NCBI GenBank assembly: GCA_949296805.1
Contig: CASFPO010000007.1
Coordinates: forward strand, 17,291 to 81,290
Length of the DNA stretch: 64,000 nucleotides
DNA from: an uncultured Bacillota bacterium
GTDB taxonomy: Bacteria; Bacillota; Clostridia; Christensenellales; UBA1242
Reading direction: 5' to 3'
Part shown: positions 51,090 to 58,756 of the stretch, one piece after another
Position numbering within the stretch: position 1 is the first letter of the stretch
How the letters are laid out: every line of letters begins with the position of its first letter
Notes under the pieces: generated by a model
What the model saw: only the letters and a program-made list of their open reading frames with translations
The model's database searches: none
What the model was told of the DNA's origin: nothing
Program-made: the position numbers and the translations under genes

Positions 51090-51125
51090 AATAAGGCAAT
51101 TTAATTTTTGCCTTATTTTTTTATT
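51090..51125 (+). terminator. Intrinsic terminator
   Basis: AATAAGGCAA (51090-51099)/TTGCCTTATT (51108-51117), then a T-run. Confidence 0.85.
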
Positions 51126-51420
51126 TTTATTATTTTTTTAATTTTTTAAACTTTTTTATTATTTTTTTATATTTTTTTAATTTTTTTGTAATTTATCATT
51201 ATTTTTTATTAATTTTACCTATTTTTAATTATTTTTTAATTATTTTTATTAATTTTTTATTATTTTTTTATTATTTTTTAGCTTTTTTTATTATTTTCTT
51301 ATTAATTATCATTATTTTTTATCATATTAATTAAAAAATATATTTTTATTTTAAAAAATAATTTTATCAGATAAATTTTATTTTATTTTTAAAGCACAAA
51401 ATTTTTAGTTTTGACTTTAC
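51126..51420 (+). repeat. About 300 bp of almost pure A/T with ~10-bp-phased T-tracts
   Basis: Print blocks repeatedly end in T-runs (ttatttttat tattttttta attttttaaa ...). Only a handful of G/C. Confidence 0.8.
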
Positions 51421-51435
51421 TATCGATATAAATCG

Positions 51436-51444
51436 TGGTATAAT
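51436..51444 (+). promoter_or_regulatory. Extended -10 promoter element for ychF
   Basis: TGgTATAAT at 51436-51444. Confidence 0.5.
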
Positions 51445-51470
51445 ATATAAGAATTTAAAAGGATGAGATT

Positions 51471-52562
51471 ATGAAGATTGGTGTTGTAGGTTTGCCAAAT
51501 GTTGGCAAAAGTACATTATTTAATGCGATTACAAATGCGGGAGCTCAAAGTGCAAACTACCCATTTTGTACCATCGAGCCAAACATTGGTATCGTGGATG
51601 TTCCTGACGAGCGGTTGCAAGTGCTTGGCAAGATGTATAATACTTTAAAGATTACCCCTGCCTCGATTGAATTTGTTGATATAGCAGGGCTAGTGGCTGG
51701 TGCGAGCAAAGGCGAAGGGCTTGGCAACAAGTTTTTAAGTCATATTCGTGAAGTTGACGCCATTGTACACGTGGTAAGGTGTTTTACAAATGAAAAGATA
51801 ATTCACGTAAACGGCTCAATTGACCCCATTCGTGATATTGAGGTTATCAATCTTGAGCTTGCCCTTGCCGACCTTGAGCAAGTCACAAAGCTCTATGAAA
51901 AAAACTCAAAGCTTGTCAAGACTGGCGACAAAAGTTTGGCTATGGTTGTTTCATTGCTTGAAAAAGTTAAAAATGCCCTTGAAAATAATATCCCTGCAAG
52001 GCGACTTTCTTTGCAAGAGGAAGAAGAGACACTACTTAAAAACTTTCAACTTTTGACTGCAAAGCCTTGTATTTATGTAGCCAATATTGCTGAAGAAGAC
52101 GTTGGCAAGGCAGACAACGACTTTGTCAAAAAAGTAAAGGAGTATGCAAGCAAAGAAAACGCCAAGGTCATAACCCTTTCTGCTAAGCTTGAAGAAGAAC
52201 TTGCCACTCTTGAAGTTGAAGAGCGAGAGGTTTTTAAAAGGGAGCTTGGCATTACAGAAAGTGGACTTGAAAAGCTGGTCAGTGCAAGTTATGATTTGCT
52301 TGGGCTTATGTCTTTCTTGACTGCTGGCGAAAAGGAAGTGCGAGCTTGGACAATCAAAAAAGGCACAAAAGCACCTCAAGCTGCGGGCAAAATTCACACC
52401 GATTTTGAAAAAGGATTTATTAAAGCTGAAGTGGTCTCTTATGAGGATTTGACCACTTGTGGCTCTTATCTTAAAGCCAAAGAAAAAGGCAAAGTGCGAA
52501 TGGAAGGCAAGGATTATGTAGTACAAGACGGCGATGTTATGCTTTTTAGATTTAATGTTTAA
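51471..52562 (+). CDS. ychF: Ribosome-binding ATPase YchF
   Basis: 363 aa, MKIGVVGLPNVGKSTLFNAIT, with the C-terminal TGS-like domain. Confidence 0.97.
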   Translation: MKIGVVGLPNVGKSTLFNAITNAGAQSANYPFCTIEPNIGIVDVPDERLQVLGKMYNTLKITPASIEFVDIAGLVAGASKGEGLGNKFLSHIREVDAIVHVVRCFTNEKIIHVNGSIDPIRDIEVINLELALADLEQVTKLYEKNSKLVKTGDKSLAMVVSLLEKVKNALENNIPARRLSLQEEEETLLKNFQLLTAKPCIYVANIAEEDVGKADNDFVKKVKEYASKENAKVITLSAKLEEELATLEVEEREVFKRELGITESGLEKLVSASYDLLGLMSFLTAGEKEVRAWTIKKGTKAPQAAGKIHTDFEKGFIKAEVVSYEDLTTCGSYLKAKEKGKVRMEGKDYVVQDGDVMLFRFNV

Positions 52563-52582
52563 AATATAAAAAATATTTTTTA

Positions 52583-52621
52583 AAGTGAGCCACAAAAAAT
52601 ATAAAAAAGGTTCACTTTTTT
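52583..52621 (+). terminator. Intrinsic terminator of ychF
   Basis: AAGTGAGCC (52583-52591)/GGTTCACTT (52609-52617) with one G-U pair, then T-run. Confidence 0.65.
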
Positions 52622-52755
52622 GATAAAATAATAATTATTTATGATTTTTTACTAAAAATAATAATTATTTAATAATTTTTGCAAGTATTTTTTGAAATTT
52701 ATTTTATTGCTTGAAATATTTTTATTTTTGCTATATAATTTTAAAAAGGATTATT

Positions 52756-53175
52756 ATGAAAGAAAATAATTTTTTAATTTCTCAAAGTGACAAGTTCGCT
52801 CTTCTTGATAAAATTTTAAAGACCAATCTTTTGCCTTTAGCATTCATTGGCGACAGCGTTCACACCCTATTTGTGAGAGAGTATGTTTTGAATAGTCAAT
52901 CGTCAAAAATGGCAAATTATCATTCTACTGCCTCGAGGTACTGCCAAGCCTCTATGCAGGCAAAAGTGCTACTTGCATTTCTGCCTAATTTATCGCAAGA
53001 GGAACAAGAGATAGTTAGGCGAGGTCGCAACGCAAAACCCAAGCATCACGCAAAAAATTCTAGCGTAACTGACTACTTTTACGCCACTGCCTTTGAGGTG
53101 CTAGTTGGTTATCTTTACTTAAAAGGCGACAAAAAGCGACTTTGTGAGTTATTAAACTTTTCGCTCACTTTATAA
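52756..53175 (+). CDS. mrnC: Mini-ribonuclease 3 (Mini-III)
   Basis: Start moved to MKENNF (ATG 52756, AAAGGA RBS). LAFIGDSVHTLFVREYV and RRGRNAKPKHHAKNSS motifs. Confidence 0.88.
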   Translation: MKENNFLISQSDKFALLDKILKTNLLPLAFIGDSVHTLFVREYVLNSQSSKMANYHSTASRYCQASMQAKVLLAFLPNLSQEEQEIVRRGRNAKPKHHAKNSSVTDYFYATAFEVLVGYLYLKGDKKRLCELLNFSLTL

Positions 53176-53205
53176 GGATTAAAAATTTTTTAAAAGAGGT
53201 TAATT

Positions 53206-53934
53206 ATGTATATAGAAGGAAAAAATGCAATCAAGCAAGCACTCGAGGCTGGAGTGACTATCAACAAGCTTATGATAGACAAAAATTATCAAGGCAGAAA
53301 GGATGAGATTATTAGCCTTGCTGTGCAGAAGAAAATTAAGTTTGAATTTGTGCCGAAGCTTGTGCTTGACAAGAAGTCGAAAACTGCTCATCATCAAGGA
53401 TATATTGCAGAAAGTGTGGACTTTAATTATTGTGAGGTTGAGGATATACTTGCAAAGGCTTTGACTAGAGGAGAAAGTCCATTTATTGTTATCCTCGACG
53501 GACTTGAGGACCCGCATAATTTTGGTGCAATCATCCGCTCGTGTGAATGTGCTGGTGTGCATGGAATAATCATCCCTAAAAACCGAGCTGTTCAAGTTAA
53601 TGAAACTGTTATCCGCACTAGCACGGGTGCGATTTCTAATATGCTTATTGCCAAAGTGACCAACCTTAAAGACGCCATAAAAGTACTTAAAGAAAATAAT
53701 GTTTGGGTTTATGCCTGTGAGGCAAAGGGCGAGAATATCTTCTCTTGCAACAAAGATTTTTCATTGCCAACCGCCATTGTAATCGGCTCGGAAGGGTTTG
53801 GAGTTAGGCAGTCGCTTATTGCTTATTGCGACGGCGTGTTATCGCTTCCGCTTAAAGGCAAGGTCAACTCTTTAAACGCTTCGGTAGCTTGCGGGATTGT
53901 TGTATTTGAAATTGTAAGAAGAAGGCAAGTTTAA
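53206..53934 (+). CDS. rlmB: 23S rRNA (guanosine-2'-O)-methyltransferase RlmB (SpoU/TrmH family)
   Basis: 242 aa. LDGLEDPHNFGAIIRS, IGSEGFGVR, NSLNASVACGIVVFE. Confidence 0.9.
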   Translation: MYIEGKNAIKQALEAGVTINKLMIDKNYQGRKDEIISLAVQKKIKFEFVPKLVLDKKSKTAHHQGYIAESVDFNYCEVEDILAKALTRGESPFIVILDGLEDPHNFGAIIRSCECAGVHGIIIPKNRAVQVNETVIRTSTGAISNMLIAKVTNLKDAIKVLKENNVWVYACEAKGENIFSCNKDFSLPTAIVIGSEGFGVRQSLIAYCDGVLSLPLKGKVNSLNASVACGIVVFEIVRRRQV

Positions 53935-53958
53935 AAAAATATGTTAAAAGGATTAGGC

Positions 53959-54053
53959 GGGCAAAAGTCCGCTCTGCCAAGCCCTTGGCAGAGCCTTTTC
54001 GCCCCTAGGCGAAAAGAAATTTTAAACGCAAGTTTAAAATTTGACTTTTGCCC
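53959..54053 (+). other. 95-nt near-perfect four-way-junction element (closing helix plus three tetraloop hairpins), 29 nt upstream of the sigH start
   Basis: P1 GGGCAAAAGTC (53959-69)/GACTTTTGCCC (54043-53). H1 CTCTGCCAA-GCCC-TTGGCAGAG (53972-93). H2 CTTTTCGCC-CCTA-GGCGAAAAG (53995-54016). H3 AAATTTTAAAC-GCAA-GTTTAAAATTT (54017-42). Confidence 0.85.
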
Positions 54054-54082
54054 CTACGCCACACTAAACAAGGAGAAAAAGA

Positions 54083-54667
54083 ATGACTGATGAAGAATTA
54101 TCGCAACAAGCTCAAGCAGGACAAGAGAGTGCTGTAAACCAGTTGCTTACAAAATACAAGCCACTTGTCAATCAGATAGCAAGAAGTTACTTTTTAACCG
54201 GTGGAGAAATGGAGGATATTGTCCAAGAAGGAATGATTGGACTATTTAAGGCTATAATGCACTATAATGGCAAGAGTGCCTCTTTTAAAACCTTTGCTAG
54301 CACTTGCATAAAACACCAAATTCAAAGTGCGGTACGAGTGGCAAGTTCGGAAAAAAACAAAATCCTCTCCTCCGCCCTGCCTATCATTGACCTTGTAAAT
54401 ACCGAGGAGGAAGAAGATAAGTCAGAGATTGTCTTTCCATCAGACTTACCTTCCCCAGATGAACGCCTTTTAGAGAAAGAACGCATTATGGAAATCGTTG
54501 AAAATATAAGAAAAACTCTCTCTAAGCTGGAATTAAAAGTGCTATCACTGTATTTAAAGGGCTTTAGTTATAATGAAATCTCTAAGCAGAGTGGGTTAAG
54601 CAAAAAAAGTGTTGACAATGCCCTTACCAGAATCAAAAATAAACTCGCCTTCCTAAAGTGTTGTTAA
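54083..54667 (+). CDS. sigH: RNA polymerase sigma factor SigH
   Basis: 194 aa, ...YKPLVNQIARSYFLTGGEMEDIVQEGMIGLFKAIMHYNGKSASFKTFASTCIKHQI... AAGGAGAA RBS. Follows mrnC-rlmB, as in Bacillus. Confidence 0.88.
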   Translation: MTDEELSQQAQAGQESAVNQLLTKYKPLVNQIARSYFLTGGEMEDIVQEGMIGLFKAIMHYNGKSASFKTFASTCIKHQIQSAVRVASSEKNKILSSALPIIDLVNTEEEEDKSEIVFPSDLPSPDERLLEKERIMEIVENIRKTLSKLELKVLSLYLKGFSYNEISKQSGLSKKSVDNALTRIKNKLAFLKCC

Positions 54668-54679
54668 GTGTCGTTGACA

Positions 54680-55190
54680 GGTGTTGTTAACACCTTTTTT
54701 ATTTAAGTGTTATTATAAAACTTATTTTTTTCTGCGATTTTGTTTAATTATGTATTTAATTTTATCTATTATTAGGTGTTGTTAACACCCTTTTTTATAT
54801 TTAAGGTTACTGTAAACCTTATTTTTCTCTGCGATTTTGTTTAATTATGTATTTAATTTTATCTATTATTAGGTGTTGTTAACACCCTTTTTATATTTAA
54901 GGTTACTGTAAACCTTATTTCTCTCTACGATTAAGTTTGATTGTGTATTTAATTTTATCTATTATTAGGTGTTGTTAACAGGTGTTGTTAACACCCTTTT
55001 TTATTTAAGTGTTATTATAAAACTTATTTTTCTCTACGATTTTGTTTATTTGTGTAATAAGTTTTACTTATTATCTAGTGCTAACAGCACATTTTTTATT
55101 TAAGTTTTTCTATAATCAAAGTTTTTTCTGCGAAGTAATTTAATTATGATACAAATTTTATCTGTTAATTAGTGCTAACAGCACATTTTT
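54680..55190 (+). repeat. Six tandem ~95-109 bp units, each with a terminator-like hairpin plus T-run, downstream of sigH
   Basis: GGTGTT-GTT-AACACC at 54680, 54775, 54872 and 54981 (with a partial duplicate at 54968). Covarying GTGCT-AAC-AGCAC at 55078 and 55172. Each is followed by T5-6. Confidence 0.85.
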
Positions 55191-55273
55191 AGTATATCAG
55201 TTGACTTATTTGTTTTTTTGATATATTATTAATCAAAATAGTTTTTTGCTAAGCTATTTGGCTGGCAAAGGAC

Positions 55274-55356
55274 GAAGGTCAAATTTTAAACTTTCGTTTA
55301 AAATTTCCTTTCGCTAAAAGCGAAAGGGCTTGCAAAGAATTTGCAAGCTGACCTTC
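55274..55356 (+). other. 83-nt four-way-junction element (second family member), 21 nt upstream of the metG start
   Basis: P1 GAAGGTC (55274-80)/GACCTTC (55350-56). Ha AAATTTTAAAC-TTTC-GTTTAAAATTT (55281-306). Hb CCTTTCGCT-AAA-AGCGAAAGG (55307-27). Hc GCTTGCAAA-GAA-TTTGCAAGC (55328-48). Confidence 0.85.
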
Positions 55357-55377
55357 CCCGCCTACAAGGAGAAAAGT

Positions 55378-57387
55378 ATGGAGAACAAATTTGTAAAACC
55401 AAGACCACAGTTTCCTAAAAAAGCTGTTATAACCTCTGGTATGCCCTATGGGAACAAACTTATTCACTTTGGGCATCTAGGAATGATACTGCGTGCTGAC
55501 GTATTTGCACGCTTTCTGCGAGACAGAATTGGCAAAGATAATGTTATCTATGTATCAGGGACAGACTGCTATGGCTCGCCAGCGGTCGAGGCTTTTAGAA
55601 AACTGCAAGAAGAGGGAAAATACAAGGGGCAAACTCTTCTTGACTTTGTTACCCAAATGCACGACAAACAAAAGGAAATCCTTGATAAATTTGAAATATC
55701 TTTTAACTTTTATGGTGGCTCTGCTATTGGTAGAGCCGGGCAGATTCACGAAGAGCTTAGCGAATGGTTTATTAAAACCTTACACCAAAATGGTATGGTG
55801 TCAAAGCATTCTTCCTACCAATTTTATGACAAAAAGCATAAGTGCTTACTTAATGGCAGACAAGTTATCGGCAAATGCCCTATTGATAATTGCCAAAGTG
55901 AAAAGGGCTATGCTGACGAGTGCGACCTAGGTCATCAATATCTTCCACAAGACTTAATCGACCCTATCAGTGCTTTAAGTGGAGATAAACCAGAGCTTGT
56001 GAAGATAGAAAATCTTTATTTTGACCTCGAAAAATGCACCGACCTTTTAAAAGAATGGATTAGCTCGATTGAAAAAAATAGCGACACCCCTCAATTTATG
56101 GTAAAGGAAATAAAAGAATTCTTTAAAAAGCCTGAGATTTATATCAAAAAGGAGTATTTTGAAGAATTCAACAAAATACAAAACCTTTTGCCACCTTTTA
56201 CAGAGCTTGAGCGTGGAGATAAAGCTCCTAAGACCATCGTTTTTGACAATCTTGAAGATAGAGAAAAGGCTTGTGAAATTTTGGCTTCAAAGGGCATTCG
56301 CTACCGTACAGGCAAGACGTTAACGCCTTTCCGCTTAACTGGAAATATCTCTTGGGGCGTGCCTTGTCCTACTATTGACGGCATTTCTGGGCAAACTTTT
56401 TATGTATGGCCAGAAAGTTTGTGGGCTCCGATTACCTTTACAAAAACCTATCTTGAGGCTAAGGGCTTTGATGACGAAGAATGGAAAAAATACTGGGCTG
56501 ACCCTGACGCCCAAGTTTATCAGTTTTTAGGCGAGGATAATCTATACTTTTATGGACCTGCACAGCAGGCTATTTGGCTATACACTCAAGGCAAAAATCC
56601 TGTGCTTAAGCCAGAAAAAGGACAACTGCAACTTACTAAAATCAATCCTATCAAATCAATACTTTATATGAACAAAAAGGCAAGTTCGTCTGGTTCAATC
56701 AAGCCACCTATGGCTATCGAATTTTTGGAGCATTACACTGCCGAACAAATCAGAATGCACTTTCTTGCTATGAATCTTGCCAATAACAATGTTTCACTTT
56801 CGCCAAAGGCTTTTGACAAAGATGACACCAGTGATGACATCGATCCAGTTGTCAAGGAAGGCAATCTGCTTACCAATGTCTACAATCGAATTTTGCGTAC
56901 TGTATTTTATTCAACTCAAACTCACTTTGATGGAATATTGCCAAAGTCCTCTATTGACGCAAGTACAATGGAAGAGTGCAGTAAAGTTATACTTAATGTT
57001 GAAAGATTTATGTATGATAAAAAATTCCATCAAGTTTATAACGCCCTTGATGTGTTTATTAGAAATATCAATAAATACTGGGTTAAAGAGATAAACAACT
57101 GCGTTACAGAAGAAAAGCTTGGGCATTTAACAGCAAACACTATGCAAATGATATTTGTTGCTAATGCCCTGCTCCATCCAATAGCACCAAGCGGAACAGA
57201 AAATGTGGCAGATTATATCGGCTTTAACAAAGACCTCTGTTTTAACTGGGAAAATATCTTTGGTAAATATGAAAGCGTGCTTGATAAGTCAAGAGGTGGC
57301 ACTATAAAAGAATTAAAACCAAAAGAAGATTTCTTTAAACGCCATCAGTCGCAACTTGACGAGCTTGCAAAGAAAATGAATGAATAA
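55378..57387 (+). CDS. metG: Methionine--tRNA ligase
   Basis: Start moved to MENKFVKPRP (ATG 55378, AAGGAGAA RBS). MPYGNKLIHFGHLG (HIGH-type), a zinc-knuckle region GKCPIDNCQSEKGYADECD, overall MetRS pattern. Confidence 0.9.
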   Translation: MENKFVKPRPQFPKKAVITSGMPYGNKLIHFGHLGMILRADVFARFLRDRIGKDNVIYVSGTDCYGSPAVEAFRKLQEEGKYKGQTLLDFVTQMHDKQKEILDKFEISFNFYGGSAIGRAGQIHEELSEWFIKTLHQNGMVSKHSSYQFYDKKHKCLLNGRQVIGKCPIDNCQSEKGYADECDLGHQYLPQDLIDPISALSGDKPELVKIENLYFDLEKCTDLLKEWISSIEKNSDTPQFMVKEIKEFFKKPEIYIKKEYFEEFNKIQNLLPPFTELERGDKAPKTIVFDNLEDREKACEILASKGIRYRTGKTLTPFRLTGNISWGVPCPTIDGISGQTFYVWPESLWAPITFTKTYLEAKGFDDEEWKKYWADPDAQVYQFLGEDNLYFYGPAQQAIWLYTQGKNPVLKPEKGQLQLTKINPIKSILYMNKKASSSGSIKPPMAIEFLEHYTAEQIRMHFLAMNLANNNVSLSPKAFDKDDTSDDIDPVVKEGNLLTNVYNRILRTVFYSTQTHFDGILPKSSIDASTMEECSKVILNVERFMYDKKFHQVYNALDVFIRNINKYWVKEINNCVTEEKLGHLTANTMQMIFVANALLHPIAPSGTENVADYIGFNKDLCFNWENIFGKYESVLDKSRGGTIKELKPKEDFFKRHQSQLDELAKKMNE

Positions 57388-57400
57388 CCTTTTAAAAAAT

Positions 57401-57450
57401 GCACCTTAAAATATGGATTATACTTCATATTTAAGGTGTATTTTATATTT
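57401..57450 (+). terminator. Candidate terminator of metG
   Basis: CACCTTAAAATATG (57402-15)/CATATTTAAGGTG (57426-38) with one bulge, followed by T-rich sequence. Confidence 0.55.
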
Positions 57451-57570
57451 TAAAAGTGACAGGAGCTAAAAAAGTGCGTTAAATTTTATCTTAATTTAAT
57501 AAAAATTAGCAAAAATATCTATAAAAAGCAGTTAGCGACAAAAAATGTCAAATATTTTAAGCAAAATATA

Positions 57571-57599
57571 TTGACAAAGGCTAAATAAAGGAATATAAT
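57571..57599 (+). promoter_or_regulatory. Consensus sigma-A promoter for initiator tRNA
   Basis: TTGACA (57571-76), 17 nt, TATAAT (57594-99); the tRNA starts 13 nt later. Confidence 0.8.
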
Positions 57600-57611
57600 A
57601 TATAATGTTAT

Positions 57612-57688
57612 CGCGGGATGGAGCAGTTCGGAAGCTCGTCGGGCTCATAACCCGAAGGCCGTTGGTTCAAATCCAACTCCCGCAACCA
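57612..57688 (+). tRNA. Initiator tRNA-fMet (anticodon CAU), CCA encoded
   Basis: C1-A72 mismatch (CGCGGGA.../...TCCCGCA-A-CCA). Three G-C pairs closing the anticodon stem (TCGGG-CTCATAA-CCCGA). T-arm GTTGGTTCAAATCCAAC. Confidence 0.92.
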
Positions 57689-57948
57689 CGTCGCAAACTA
57701 CGCTCGGACAAAATTGCTTTGCAATTTTTGTACTGACGCTCGTTTGCTCCTTTTCCCCACAAATCTCACGATTTGCGGGGTACCCCATATCTCCCCCACA
57801 AATCTTACGGTTTGCGGGGGTTTTTTGTAAGCCAGACTTTTTTATCGGTTTCGGGTTATATCAAGCTCAATGAAGTTGAGCGAAGATATAATCTCGTTTT
57901 CGGCTGTTAGTTCTTTTAACTCCCGCAACCACGTCGCAAACTACGCTC
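57675..57948 (+). repeat. 212-bp hairpin cassette bounded by a perfect 31-bp direct repeat that includes the last 14 nt of tRNA-fMet
   Basis: AACTCCCGCAACCACGTCGCAAACTACGCTC at 57675-57705 and 57918-57948. The interior holds the inverted B module and hairpins CCCCACAAATC-TCAC-GATTTGCGGGG (57755-80) and CCCCCACAAATC-TTAC-GGTTTGCGGGGG (57793-57820). Confidence 0.85.
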
Positions 57949-58010
57949 TGCAAAAAAAGTCTAGCTTTTGGAGTTCGCCTCATTTTGCCAGACTTTTTTA
58001 TTATAAATTT

Positions 58011-58679
58011 TTAGCTATAAAAATATATTGCAAGTACTAAAATTATCATTGCTATAATCTTAAATTGTGAACAAAGCACTGCTTTTGTTTTTCCCTCTTT
58101 TAAAAGATGGGAAAAAACTTCGCTTAGCAAAAGCATTACAATTGCCACAGCGGTAAGGATAGTGCTAAGCATATGTCTTGTATTTAAGATATTATTTATG
58201 CCAAAACCTATTCCTAGTCCAATTGAGGCAAAAGTTAAAACGGTTAGGATTATAGCACTCGAGTCCTTATATTTTTTTATTCCACAAATTATAAGTCCTA
58301 CTGCCATACCTAAAAGCAAGCCACCTAAAAGAGCATACATTTCAAACGAGGCAAGTGAGAGCAAGCTAAGAGCAATTGCAAGATAATATAGTATATTTGA
58401 AAAACCGCTTAAAAGTTGTTTTGCCTTTTGATTTTGGATATTATTTGTTTGAACACCTTCATTAAAAATATTGATTACCAAAGCTATAACGACAAAAAGA
58501 GAAAGGGCGTTTAAAATTGAGGTTAAGTTTATTGTAACAATTGCATAAACTAGCAATAAAAGCATTGTTAGCGACCTTACAAGGTAACCCTGCCAATCTC
58601 CCTTATCTTTAAAAATTGCATAAAATACACTCATAATTACACTTGCCAAGGCAAGCAAGATTATTGGAACTAATATCAT
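58011..58679 (-). CDS. Polytopic integral membrane protein (about 7 TM), function unknown
   Basis: 222 aa, hydrophobic throughout. No motif assigned. Confidence 0.6.
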   Translation of the reverse strand: MILVPIILLALASVIMSVFYAIFKDKGDWQGYLVRSLTMLLLLVYAIVTINLTSILNALSLFVVIALVINIFNEGVQTNNIQNQKAKQLLSGFSNILYYLAIALSLLSLASFEMYALLGGLLLGMAVGLIICGIKKYKDSSAIILTVLTFASIGLGIGFGINNILNTRHMLSTILTAVAIVMLLLSEVFSHLLKEGKTKAVLCSQFKIIAMIILVLAIYFYS

Positions 58680-58756
58680 AGTTATATTTTAACCGAAAAA
58701 TAAAATAAAACAAAGCAAATTAAATAATTTTTTTAAATTTGTAACAAAATAATTAT

